Source of the DNA: Micavibrio sp. UBA6145
GTDB taxonomy: Bacteria > Pseudomonadota > Alphaproteobacteria > Micavibrionales > UBA1664
DNA: 64,000 nt
Direction: 5' to 3'
Assembly (NCBI GenBank): GCA_002423205.1
Contig: DIUZ01000002.1
Location: 129,409 to 193,408 of the forward strand
Under the pieces are notes generated by a model that was not told the origin of the DNA, did no database searches, and worked only from the letters and a program-made list of their open reading frames with translations. Below, piece after piece: positions 9,848 through 19,993 of this stretch. Both the position numbers and the translations under genes were made by a program. The first letter of the stretch is position 1, and each line of letters opens with the position of its first letter.

Positions 9848-9928
9848 GCCACTATTCTACAGTTTTTGCGAGTGTTTGTAAGGGTTTGTCATTGGTGCCG
9901 CGCAGCAGCGTTTAACCCTTTGTAAAGG

Positions 9929-10798
9929 TCACGCCGATTGCAGGCGCTTCCAAAGGTTTTCGCAATCCGCAGACATGCCCGCATTGCGGCGGATGATCAG
10001 GATTTCAAGGTCAAGGCGGTAGCGCTTGGGCAGGGCCGGGACCAGGAATTCCGCGGCCAGATCATCCTCGATCAAAGACTCCGGCAGAAACGCGATGCCG
10101 AAACCGGCAACCGCCATGGCGCGTAAAACTTCTGATGACGGGCTTTCAAACACCGTATCCATCTGGCGGCGGTGATGGGGCAGATCGTGGATCATGCCTT
10201 CAACGCAGCGGCCAAGGAACGACCCCGGTGCATACGCAAGCAGCCCTGCCTGCGTGCCGATCAGGCGCTTGGCCATAACGGGAATCATCTGGTCGGTGCC
10301 AAGGCGGATGGATTGCAGGCCCGATACATCACCGAACGGCACCATGTTGGCCGATGTGTGGACCATCGCGAAATCCGCAAGCCCGTCGCGCAGATCCGAT
10401 ACGCATTGTTCAATACGCTGGCCCGTCAGACGCACGGTTAAATCAGGCTGCGCACGCGTGCAGTCTTTCCACCACATGGGAAAAAAGCTGATGGCAAGCG
10501 TGTGCGAGATGACAATACGTACCGGGTTTTGCAGGGCGGACGACGCGCTGCGCGTGTCTTCGACGGCCTTGGCGACGGACCGGCTGATCTGTTCGGCGTG
10601 GACCATGAATCGTTCGCCCGCAGGCGTAAGATCGACAGGCGTAACCGTACGATCGAACAAGGGCGCACCCACGCGTTCCTCGATCGCCATGATGCGGCGG
10701 GAGAAGGCAGGCTGCGTGATATGGCGCAAATCCGCCGCGCGGCGGAAGGATCCGGTACGGGCAAGGGCCAGGAAATCTTCAATTTCAGTCAATTCCAT
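9929..10798 (-). CDS. LysR-family transcriptional regulator
   Basis: 289 aa. N-terminal wHTH (FLALARTGSFRRAADLRHITQPAFSRRIMAIEE) plus a LysR substrate-binding-like C-terminus. Confidence 0.85.
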   Translation of the reverse strand: MELTEIEDFLALARTGSFRRAADLRHITQPAFSRRIMAIEERVGAPLFDRTVTPVDLTPAGERFMVHAEQISRSVAKAVEDTRSASSALQNPVRIVISHTLAISFFPMWWKDCTRAQPDLTVRLTGQRIEQCVSDLRDGLADFAMVHTSANMVPFGDVSGLQSIRLGTDQMIPVMAKRLIGTQAGLLAYAPGSFLGRCVEGMIHDLPHHRRQMDTVFESPSSEVLRAMAVAGFGIAFLPESLIEDDLAAEFLVPALPKRYRLDLEILIIRRNAGMSADCENLWKRLQSA

Positions 10799-10840
10799 GA
10801 CCTGAATTTACCAAGGCATTCCGTGGCTTTCAAGTTTATA

Positions 10841-10855
10841 ATGCAAAATTTGCAT
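10841..10855. promoter_or_regulatory. Perfect 7-1-7 palindrome ATGCAAA-A-TTTGCAT fitting the T-N11-A LysR box
   Basis: It lies in the divergent intergenic region between the LysR gene (start 10798) and the gene starting at 10948. Confidence 0.45.
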
Positions 10856-10947
10856 TGCACATAGAAACAAAGAATTATCGGAAACGACCCGTCTTCAGGC
10901 AATCTGCCTCTCAAGCAAAAACAATTCGTAATAGAGGCGACTACCCC

Positions 10948-11328
10948 ATGAGCAACGCACCCCAGTTTGTCACTGCCCGCCCGTTTGAAGCCGGCGATCT
11001 TTGCCGCCTCGTGGCCTGGGCCGGTATCGCGACGCCTGAGTTTCTCAGCAACCAGGACAAAATCGGTTCGTCCGAGCGTTTTATTGAACGCGCCTCTGAT
11101 GAATACACCGCCGTCTGCTACAGCAACGACAGCGATTGCCGCACGTCCGGCCGCCTTGTTGTCGGACCCATTGCCGCTCTGCGCCAGACCTTCGGCCAGC
11201 GCGCTGAAGTGGTTTACGTTGATCCCTCGATGCGCGAAGACGCCGTACTGGCCCGCGACATTGAAAGACTGATTTCATCTTCGTCACAGCTTCGTGGTTC
11301 TGCCCCCAGACTCGTCGCTGTGGCGTAA
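10948..11328 (+). CDS. Hypothetical protein (126 aa)
   Basis: Start chosen at MSNAPQF, with AGAGG about 10 nt upstream. It is divergent from the LysR gene. I recognise no motif. Confidence 0.45.
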   Translation: MSNAPQFVTARPFEAGDLCRLVAWAGIATPEFLSNQDKIGSSERFIERASDEYTAVCYSNDSDCRTSGRLVVGPIAALRQTFGQRAEVVYVDPSMREDAVLARDIERLISSSSQLRGSAPRLVAVA

Positions 11329-11354
11329 TAAAAAAGGGCCCCAAAAGAGGGCCC

Positions 11355-11470
11355 AAAAAGAAACCGGACCTTTCGGTCCGGCGAGTTGAACAGGGAGGTT
11401 TCACGTCTAGAGACGTAAAGCCGACAACGAGGTCGGCGAGGACTGTTTACTGCTTCGCCCACGCCCGCAC
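11355..11470 (-). ncRNA. Candidate trans-acting sRNA with a single-stranded CCUCCC (anti-Shine-Dalgarno-like) motif
   Basis: The minus strand reads ...GCCGACcucguuGUCGGC..ACGUCUcuAGACGU GAAACCUCCCUGUUCAACUCG CCGGACCgaaaGGUCCGG UUUCUUUUU. That is two hairpins, an unpaired CCUCCC stretch and an intrinsic terminator. A second GGGCCC hairpin with a T-run follows (11328-11354). The 5' end is a guess. Confidence 0.35.
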
Positions 11471-11553
11471 CACTAAATAATCTGCCAAAAACAACACGCC
11501 AGATATGCATAAACTGCATGGCTTAGATTATTTAATATTATCAATAATTTAGA

Positions 11554-12450
11554 TTAAAGGGCGTCGCCGCCGACTTCCTGCATCATAAAGTCACGGAACA
11601 CTTGTATGCGGGTGGAATTGCGCCGTTCCTGCGGGTAAACGAAGAAAATCGGCACTTCCGGGGCTGGATACTGGTCCAGGATGATTTCCATGTTCGGGTG
11701 GTTCACCACCATGAAATCAGGCAGGCACGCAATGCCCGCACCCTGTTCGACCGTCGCCAGAATCGCTTCCATCGAATTCATCAGCATCACATTCGATGCG
11801 CTCTCCTTGTCGACATTCGCGATCTGGAAGATCCAGTCGGTATGCGCATGCGGTACCGCAACGCCAGCCGGGTATCCCACCAGCCAGTGCTTTTTCAGAT
11901 CTGCCGCCGTCTTGGGCGCGGGGTGGTCTTTTAAATACGAGCGCGCCGCGCACAGGTGGAATTTGATATGCGCCAGTTTGCGCTTGATCAGATCCGGTTG
12001 GTCGGGTTCGTACAAACGCACGGCGGCGTCGGCTTCGCGCATGCCAAGGTTCAGGATGCGGTCATCTAATATAAGGGTGATGCGCATCTTCGGATATTTG
12101 CGGCGAAACGCATCGATACGCGGCGCAAGCCAGCTGGAACCGATGAAGGTCGGTACGGTGATTTTGATCGGGCCTTCCGGCGCGGATTTGGTATCGGAAA
12201 TGCGCCCCTCAAGCAGGGCCAGTTTCTCGTACACATCCTTGGTCGCCTTGAGCAGCAGGTCGCCCTGTTCCGTCAAAAGCAGGCCCCGCGCATGGCGATG
12301 GAAAAGCGGGACGCTTAAGGATTCTTCAAGCGCGCTGATCTGGCGGCTGATGGCGGATTGCGAAAGATTAAGGGCTTCACACGCGCGGGTAAAACTGCCG
12401 GCTTCGGCAACGGCGTGGAAAATACGGAGCTTGTCCCAGTTCAGATTCAA
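11554..12450 (-). CDS. LysR-family transcriptional regulator
   Basis: 298 aa with wHTH FHAVAEAGSFTRACEALNLSQSAISRQISALEE. Confidence 0.85.
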   Translation of the reverse strand: MNLNWDKLRIFHAVAEAGSFTRACEALNLSQSAISRQISALEESLSVPLFHRHARGLLLTEQGDLLLKATKDVYEKLALLEGRISDTKSAPEGPIKITVPTFIGSSWLAPRIDAFRRKYPKMRITLILDDRILNLGMREADAAVRLYEPDQPDLIKRKLAHIKFHLCAARSYLKDHPAPKTAADLKKHWLVGYPAGVAVPHAHTDWIFQIANVDKESASNVMLMNSMEAILATVEQGAGIACLPDFMVVNHPNMEIILDQYPAPEVPIFFVYPQERRNSTRIQVFRDFMMQEVGGDAL

Positions 12451-12487
12451 AATTTAGGCCCTTGGGTCTGGAATTGGGGCCACATTG

Positions 12488-14158
12488 TCATGAACCCGGC
12501 GCTACGACAAGGCACGATCCCAGATGCGCGCAGGCCGAATTCGCCTGGCCCTGGTCATACCCCTGAAGACGGGCACGGAAGATCATGCCGGCCTGTGTGT
12601 TCTGCGGAACGATGACCGGCTGGCCGCCCTGTAATGTGGATGGCAGGCGCGACTGCGCGGTGCGCAGCGCCTGATCGGTCATGGCGCGGCTCGGGAAGGC
12701 GCCAACCTGGATGGACCACCCGCGGGGCTGGTTGCTGGCGATCTGCTGGGGCGGGATGCTGCCGGCCTGCGCGGCAGGAACGCGCAATTGCATGACCGTG
12801 CGGGCGGCGGATGCCGGGGTGGTGGGCGTATGGGTGATCTTGGCACCTGCAGCCGGTGCAACGGCCGCCTGCACCGGAAGTGACGGCTGCGGCGTGCGGA
12901 TGATTTCAAGGGCCGGGCGCTGCGCTGGTATCGGTACGGATGCGGTTTTAACGCTGGGGGCGGCCTGTGAGACGGCGGCGTTTACGGCATTCTGCTGTTG
13001 CGCCTGATCGATCATCGCGGTGATGCGGCGGCCATCGTCCGGTGTATATGCGGCATCGTCTTCGGCGATATCGGTTTCCTGTACCTGCATCGTGACATCC
13101 GCAATCGCGGCGGCTTCGTCCACCGCGGTGGGCAGCGGGATGGGCAGGGCGGTGTTGTTGACCGCGACCTGTGTGCCCGATGTGCGGCGGCGGTCCAGTT
13201 CGGCAAAGCCGGCGTTCAGGATCTGCACCATGTTGTTATTGCGTGAGCGCCAGGTCTGACCGCCGAAGACGACACCGACCAGGCGGCGGCCATCCTGTTT
13301 TGCCGATGCGACCAGGTTGAAACCCGATGCGTTGATGTAACCGGTCTTGATACCGTCCAGACCCGGGTACTCACCCAGCAGGCGGTTATGGTTGGGAAGG
13401 ACCGTGCCCTTATATTCGAAATTGCGCACGCCGAAGTAGCGATAGTATTGCGGGTAGTCGCGCAGCAGAGCCATGGCAAGCTTGGCCATGTCGCGCGCCG
13501 TCGTCACCTGTTGCGGATCGGGCAGGCCCGATGCGTTACGGAATGTCGTGCGGGACATACCCAAAGCCTGCGCTTTTCGCGTCATTTTCGCGGAAAAACC
13601 GCGTTCCGTGCCGCCCAGTCTTTCCGCGACGGCCGCCGCGACATCGTTCGCTGATTTGGTGACCAGCATCTGGATGGCATCTTCGACTGCGACGCTTTTA
13701 CCCACGGGGATGCCTATCTTGGACGGCGGCATCGATGCGGCGTGGGATGAAATGGTGATCCGGTCATTCATGCGCAGCTGCCCGGATTCAAGCGCGGCGA
13801 AGACCATATATAGAGTCATCATCTTGGTGAGCGATGCCGGATGGCGGATCGAGTCCGCCTGCCGCGCCATCAGAACTTCGCCGGTGGCGGCATCGACGAC
13901 GATGGCCGAATAGGGTTTCGTGTTGACCGCTTTGGATGGTTTTTTGGACGAAGATTTGGCCTGCGCAGAATCAAGATTTGCGAATCCGAGAATCAGAGTC
14001 GTGAAAATCAGGCATACGAAAACCAAAAAACGGAAGGCGCGCGCATTTTTTTCCACGCAAGAATTCGTCGTGTTTTTGATGTGCACGTTTTGCATGTTAG
14101 CTTGGGTTTCGTTGAGTTTGAGAGATGTTGTGTTCTCTTCCAGTGTAAAAATTTTCAA
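12488..14158 (-). CDS. D-alanyl-D-alanine carboxypeptidase (S11, PBP5/6-like) with a C-terminal SPOR-like domain
   Basis: It has SLTK (SxxK), SGFN (SxN) and KTGY (KTG), then a Pro/Ala-rich linker and a terminal GWSIQVGAF...ARLQGY segment typical of SPOR. The true start may be an internal Met (for example MQNVHIK). Confidence 0.8.
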   Translation of the reverse strand: MKIFTLEENTTSLKLNETQANMQNVHIKNTTNSCVEKNARAFRFLVFVCLIFTTLILGFANLDSAQAKSSSKKPSKAVNTKPYSAIVVDAATGEVLMARQADSIRHPASLTKMMTLYMVFAALESGQLRMNDRITISSHAASMPPSKIGIPVGKSVAVEDAIQMLVTKSANDVAAAVAERLGGTERGFSAKMTRKAQALGMSRTTFRNASGLPDPQQVTTARDMAKLAMALLRDYPQYYRYFGVRNFEYKGTVLPNHNRLLGEYPGLDGIKTGYINASGFNLVASAKQDGRRLVGVVFGGQTWRSRNNNMVQILNAGFAELDRRRTSGTQVAVNNTALPIPLPTAVDEAAAIADVTMQVQETDIAEDDAAYTPDDGRRITAMIDQAQQQNAVNAAVSQAAPSVKTASVPIPAQRPALEIIRTPQPSLPVQAAVAPAAGAKITHTPTTPASAARTVMQLRVPAAQAGSIPPQQIASNQPRGWSIQVGAFPSRAMTDQALRTAQSRLPSTLQGGQPVIVPQNTQAGMIFRARLQGYDQGQANSACAHLGSCLVVAPGS

Positions 14159-14274
14159 AGGGCGTTGTCCATCTTTTTACACATGCACTCGACTCCTACA
14201 CACATTTAGGTATCATTGTTGACTGTAATAGGAATTTGTCCTATTTTGTGCACTGCAACAATGGGGGTTTAACC

Positions 14275-14454
14275 ATGAGTGAACTGTTGAAAGTCCTGGC
14301 CGCTGCTAAAAAGGCTGCCAAGAAAAAGACTGCTGCTAAGAAGCCGGCTGCTAAAAAAGCCAAAAAACCGGCTGCTAAAAAAGCCAAAAAACCGGCTGCT
14401 AAGAAGAAGCCGGCTGCTAAAAAAGTCGTGAAGAAAAAAACGGCTAAGAAATAA
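14275..14454 (+). CDS. Histone H1-like Lys/Ala-rich basic protein
   Basis: MSELLKVLAAAKKAAKKKTAAKKPAAKKAKKPAAKKAKKPAAKK..., 59 aa. A GGGG-rich RBS region lies upstream and an intrinsic terminator follows. Confidence 0.6.
   Translation: MSELLKVLAAAKKAAKKKTAAKKPAAKKAKKPAAKKAKKPAAKKKPAAKKVVKKKTAKK
14344..14425 (+). repeat. In-frame tandem repeat (24-nt unit ccggctgctaaaaaagccaaaaaa, PAAKKAKK) inside the H1-like gene
   Basis: Two exact units at 14344-14367 and 14368-14391, then degenerate units. Confidence 0.8.
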
Positions 14455-14460
14455 CACTAA

Positions 14461-14493
14461 CGGCGCTGAAGAGTTACTCTCCAGCGCCGTTTT
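14461..14493 (+). terminator. Intrinsic terminator
   Basis: CGGCGCTG / CAGCGCCG stem followed by TTTT. Confidence 0.7.
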
Positions 14494-14544
14494 CCCCCCT
14501 TTGTTCGTCCCGGAAAACGTCGTTATTTATAAGGAGCAGTAACA

Positions 14545-14952
14545 ATGAAAACAGCGAAAAACACGGCCTTCAGCATGGATAAGTTTGCTGGTGGCGGTAT
14601 GAAACAAGTCGAAGATATGATGTCGATTGGCAAAGAAACCACCGACGCGATGACCCAGTCCAGCAGCATTTTTGCCAAGGGCATGGAAGAAATGATGAAG
14701 GCGTGCATGTCTCACGCCCAGGCAGCCAGCGAAAAGAACGCCAATGTCTGGAAAACCCTGATGTCCTGCAAGACAATCAACGAATTTGCCGAAACCCAGA
14801 ACCGCATTGCTCAGGAATCGTTTGAAGACGCCATGTCGGCGACCGCTCAGATGTCCGAGAAGGCTGTCAAAATGATGATGGATTGTATGGAACCCATCAA
14901 CAAACAGGTTTCGAGCTCCATGAAAAAGGCCAACGTCACCGTTGCTGCCTAA
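14545..14952 (+). CDS. Phasin-family (PHA granule-associated) protein
   Basis: 135 aa, helical and Met/Lys/Ala/Glu-rich. It resembles alphaproteobacterial Phasin_2 proteins (KTINEFAETQNRIAQESFEDAMS). Confidence 0.55.
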   Translation: MKTAKNTAFSMDKFAGGGMKQVEDMMSIGKETTDAMTQSSSIFAKGMEEMMKACMSHAQAASEKNANVWKTLMSCKTINEFAETQNRIAQESFEDAMSATAQMSEKAVKMMMDCMEPINKQVSSSMKKANVTVAA

Positions 14953-14984
14953 GATAAACCACCGGTGATATGCCGGAAGGTATG

Positions 14985-15012
14985 AAAAAGCCCGCTTCTC
15001 GCGGGCTTTTTT
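14985..15012. terminator. Bidirectional intrinsic terminator between convergent genes
   Basis: AAAAA-GCCCGC-ttctc-GCGGGC-TTTTTT. Confidence 0.75.
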
Positions 15013-15027
15013 CTGCCTTGGGATCTT

Positions 15028-15729
15028 TTATTTGCGGATGATGAGCAGGTCGTGGGTGACCACATCGCCGTTACCGCGGCGATACGCTTCGAATCGGGTC
15101 GTATCGACGATCTCAAGCCCCGCTGATTTGCACAACTGGACCACATAGGCGGTCGCATGCAGGTATTTGCAATAGACATGCGGTACCGGCAGGCGGCTAT
15201 GGACCCGGCGCACCGTAACCGAACGCGGCGACTGCCCCACAATGCCGCCGAACCAGCGTTTGCCGTACAGATGCGATGTGGCGGGGGTCTCAAACGCCAG
15301 TGCGGCATACCCGCCGGTTTTCAGGTGCCGGATGATATGGTCCAGCACGTCTTCCGGGTGTTCGACGAATTCCATGACCCCGGCGGCGATAATCGCCTCG
15401 TAAGGGCCGGGCGGCATCAGGTCATGGCGCACATCGCACCGGAACAGGCGGTCGGCCACCCCCTTGATACGGCAGGCATCAAGCATGTTCTGCGACGCAT
15501 CCACCCCGGTAATGTGCATGTCCGGGAAGCCCAGGCGGAACATGGTCGATGACAACCCGGTGCCGATACCGATATCCAGCAGGCGTTGCTGCTGGCGGCC
15601 GGAAAGCCGGGGGGCGAGAGCATCGTAAACCACCTCCGGCACGGCATAGTCGTAACGGGCAAGGTCGCGGTCATAGGCGTTGGCCCATCCGTCGAAATAG
15701 CGCTGAGGGCCTGATCGGGTCTTGAACAT
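15028..15729 (-). CDS. Class I SAM-dependent methyltransferase
   Basis: 233 aa with motif I LLDIGIGTGLSS. Confidence 0.75.
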   Translation of the reverse strand: MFKTRSGPQRYFDGWANAYDRDLARYDYAVPEVVYDALAPRLSGRQQQRLLDIGIGTGLSSTMFRLGFPDMHITGVDASQNMLDACRIKGVADRLFRCDVRHDLMPPGPYEAIIAAGVMEFVEHPEDVLDHIIRHLKTGGYAALAFETPATSHLYGKRWFGGIVGQSPRSVTVRRVHSRLPVPHVYCKYLHATAYVVQLCKSAGLEIVDTTRFEAYRRGNGDVVTHDLLIIRK

Positions 15730-15739
15730 CGTGCTTTGA

Positions 15740-17053
<1,314 letters not shown>

Positions 17054-17117
17054 AATCAGTATCGGAACCATCGCTGGACCCGTCCGTTTGTTGTCAAAGA
17101 CAAACGAAAGGATACCC

Positions 17118-17612
17118 ATGACCGATACACGCGAATTTGAAGAACAGTTCTGGAAGGCCCTTAAATCCGACCGCACTATGATGCTCGGCCTGCACGGCGT
17201 GGATGATGGCCACGCCCGCCCGATGACGGCGATGCGCGACGATGTTGACGGGTATATCTATTTCTTCACATCAAACGACAGCGGCATCGTGCAGGGGCTG
17301 GACCAAAGCCACCGCGCCATTGCGACTTTTACTTCCAAGGGGCATGACATGTTTGCCAGTATCCACGGCACTGTGACATTGAGTGATGACCGCGCGGTTA
17401 TTGACCGCCTGTGGAATCCGTTTATCGCAGCATGGTACACGGGCAAGGATGATCCGAAACTTGCATTGCTGCGTTTCGACGCGCAGGAAGCACAGATCTG
17501 GCGCGATGCTTCAAGCCTGATGGCAGGCATCAAGATGCTGATCGGTATCGATCCCAAGAAAGATTACAAAGACAAAGTCGCGCAGGTGCCGCTGCATAAA
17601 GACGCGGCGTAA
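17118..17612 (+). CDS. Pyridoxamine 5'-phosphate oxidase-fold protein (general stress protein 26-like)
   Basis: MTDTREFEEQFWKALKS...HARPMTA...IYFFTS...DRLWNPFIAAWY..DDPKLALLRF pattern. Confidence 0.6.
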   Translation: MTDTREFEEQFWKALKSDRTMMLGLHGVDDGHARPMTAMRDDVDGYIYFFTSNDSGIVQGLDQSHRAIATFTSKGHDMFASIHGTVTLSDDRAVIDRLWNPFIAAWYTGKDDPKLALLRFDAQEAQIWRDASSLMAGIKMLIGIDPKKDYKDKVAQVPLHKDAA

Positions 17613-17620
17613 GGCGCGCC

Positions 17621-18529
17621 TTACTTACGGCGTTCCAGAACGTACATCGCAAACGCCTTGAGCGTGGATGCGCGGCTGTCGAACACGTGCAGATGGCGGA
17701 TGGCCTGGTGCACCAGCATTTCTGCGCGCATCTTGGCCTGTTCGCTGCCCATCGTGGTCACGAAGGTGGATTTACCGGCCTTCGTGTCCTTGCCCTGTTC
17801 CTTGCCGGTTTCAGCCGGGTCGCCTTCGACGTCCAGAATATCGTCCGTCACCTGGAAGGCGAGGCCAAGGTCGAACGCGTAATTACGCAGCGCCTTGCGC
17901 TGCTGTTCCGATGCCTTGCCCAGAATGGCACCGGCTTCGCATGCGAAAGACATCAGCATGCCCGTCTTCATACGTTGCAGACGGCTGATCTGGCCGACAT
18001 CGAATTTCGATTTTTCGCCGATGAGGTCCAGCATCTGGCCGCCAACCATGCCGTTCAGGCCGGATGATTTGGCCAGCAGCGACGTGAGTTCACAGCGCAC
18101 ATGCGGATCTTCATGCGTTTCCGGCTCAGCCAGAATTTCAAACGCGTAAGTGAGAAGGGCGTCGCCCGCAAGGATGGCGGTCGCATCGTCATATTTCTTG
18201 TGTACCGACGGCATGCCGCGGCGCAGATCGGCGTTGTCCATCGCGGGAAGATCGTCATGCACCAGTGAATAGCAATGCACGAATTCCAGTGCAGCGGCGA
18301 CGCGCTTGGCGCGCAGGTGGTCAACGCCGAACAGCTTGGCGGACTCGCACACCAGGAACGGGCGAATGCGTTTACCGCCGCCCAGCGTGGCGTAGCGCAT
18401 GGCCTCAATCAGGCGGTTTTCAGGCTCCGACGTTTCGGGCAGCAATGTGCCGATCGTCGTGTTGATGCCGGATGCAATCTCGGCCATGGCTGTCTGGAGT
18501 TCCGGGGAAGCTTCGCGTGGTGAAGGCAT
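17621..18529 (-). CDS. ispA: Farnesyl/geranyl diphosphate synthase
   Basis: LVHDDLPAMDNADLRRG (FARM) and VTDDILD (SARM), immediately downstream of xseB. Confidence 0.9.
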   Translation of the reverse strand: MPSPREASPELQTAMAEIASGINTTIGTLLPETSEPENRLIEAMRYATLGGGKRIRPFLVCESAKLFGVDHLRAKRVAAALEFVHCYSLVHDDLPAMDNADLRRGMPSVHKKYDDATAILAGDALLTYAFEILAEPETHEDPHVRCELTSLLAKSSGLNGMVGGQMLDLIGEKSKFDVGQISRLQRMKTGMLMSFACEAGAILGKASEQQRKALRNYAFDLGLAFQVTDDILDVEGDPAETGKEQGKDTKAGKSTFVTTMGSEQAKMRAEMLVHQAIRHLHVFDSRASTLKAFAMYVLERRK

Positions 18530-18540
18530 GGCGCTATCGA

Positions 18541-18801
18541 TTACTGTTCGGGGTTGAATGGTGTCGTGCCGGTCGGTTTACCGTCGGCGGATAATGAAAT
18601 TTTCTCGACACGCAGTTTCGCATCTTTCAGGCGCTGTTCGCACAAGACCTTGAGATGCATGCCGCGTTCGTAAGCCTTGATCGAGTCTTCGAGCGACGAA
18701 CTGCCGGATTCGAGTGTGCGCACAATCTGATCGAGTTCAGAAAGTGCATTTTCAAATGACATTTCGTCAATGTTTTCAACGGCTTTTGGCATCGGGTGCA
18801 A
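18541..18801 (-). CDS. xseB: Exodeoxyribonuclease VII small subunit
   Basis: SFENALSELDQIVRTLESGSSSLEDSIKAYERGMHLKVLCEQRL pattern. The start may be the fourth codon (MPKAV). Confidence 0.85.
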   Translation of the reverse strand: MHPMPKAVENIDEMSFENALSELDQIVRTLESGSSSLEDSIKAYERGMHLKVLCEQRLKDAKLRVEKISLSADGKPTGTTPFNPEQ

Positions 18802-18933
18802 AGCCTAACCGTTTACCTTGGTTCCGTAAAGCCTGAAAAGAGAAGGCGGCCCCGCCAGCGCCAGAAATTACCTTAAATGCCAAGGCGTTAACCCTGCTTG
18901 ACGCCGCTTGTACGGGTGATAACGATAACGCCT

Positions 18934-19917
18934 ATGTCTGCGCATAAAACAGCCCTGATCTTCGGCGTCACCGGCCAGGATGGATCGTATCTGTCTGAAC
19001 TCCTTCTATCCCGGGGGTACCGGGTGCACGGCGTGGTACGCCGCAGCTCGGTCGATAACCGCACCCGCCTGTCGTCCTTCATGGGCCAGATGACCCTGCA
19101 TGACGGGGATCTTGCCGATGCCGGGTCGATCTGGCGCATTATCGCCGCCGTAAAGCCGGATGAAATCTACAATCTGGCAGCGCAAACCCATGTCGCCGTC
19201 AGCTTTGACGAACCCGAACACACCTCTGATATCAACGCACTGGGCGTAACCCGCATCCTTGAGGCTGTGCGCACGCTTGCACCCCGCGCCCGTTTCTATC
19301 AGGCATCGACATCCGAATTATTCGGGCAAGGAGGTGGCGACCTGAACGAGGAATCGCCCATGCTGCCCGCGAGCCCCTACGGCGCGGCCAAGCTCTATGC
19401 CTTCAACATGGTGCGCATTTATCGCAAGGCTTACGGCCTCTTCGCGTGTAACGGCATCCTGTTCAACCACGAATCCCCGCGCCGGGGCGGCGATTTTGTC
19501 ACCGCCAAGATCGCTAATTTCGCAAAGACCCTGCGCAACGGTACATGGGACGGCCAGCCATTGACGCTGGGCAACCTTGACGCCGCCCGCGACTGGGGCC
19601 ACGCCCGCGACTACGCGCAAGGCATGTGGCAGATGCTGCAGGCCGACCAGCCCGACGATTTCGTGCTGGCGACCGGCGTATCCAAATCCGTGCGCGATTT
19701 TGTAAACGCGGCCATCCCCGGTCTGGTCTGGTCAGGGCAGGGCAAAGATGAAACCGCCAGCCAGAGTGATGGCCGGTTGATCGTGAAAATTGATACGGCT
19801 TTATTTCGCCCCATCGATGTCCCAGCCCTGCGTGGGGATTCCGCCAAGGCGCGTGTGGCGCTGGGCTGGACACCGCAGACCGACTTTGGGGCGCTGGTCG
19901 ATGAAATGGTCGGCTGA
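18934..19917 (+). CDS. gmd: GDP-mannose 4,6-dehydratase
   Basis: ALIFGVTGQDGSYLSELLLSRGYRVHGVVRRSS and YGAAKLYA (YxxxK). Start trimmed to MSAHK. Confidence 0.85.
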   Translation: MSAHKTALIFGVTGQDGSYLSELLLSRGYRVHGVVRRSSVDNRTRLSSFMGQMTLHDGDLADAGSIWRIIAAVKPDEIYNLAAQTHVAVSFDEPEHTSDINALGVTRILEAVRTLAPRARFYQASTSELFGQGGGDLNEESPMLPASPYGAAKLYAFNMVRIYRKAYGLFACNGILFNHESPRRGGDFVTAKIANFAKTLRNGTWDGQPLTLGNLDAARDWGHARDYAQGMWQMLQADQPDDFVLATGVSKSVRDFVNAAIPGLVWSGQGKDETASQSDGRLIVKIDTALFRPIDVPALRGDSAKARVALGWTPQTDFGALVDEMVG

Positions 19918-19993
19918 CCCCATACTTTTGCGGTGCCCGGCGTGATCTTTACTTTTAAAATCGTCTTATTAAGGTGAAGTCCTGCATTCAAGG

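Noticed and set aside
11470-11500. TGGCAG-N5-TTAG on the minus strand upstream of the sRNA candidate, considered as a sigma-54 promoter
   Set aside because: It is a poor match to TGGCAC-N5-TTGC (the GC dinucleotide is missing), and I see no enhancer-binding-protein context.
14326-14430. Regularly spaced short repeats, considered as a possible mini CRISPR array
   Set aside because: The repeats are contiguous 24-nt in-frame units with no spacers, inside a Lys/Ala-rich coding sequence. No other repeat-spacer structure was seen in the window.
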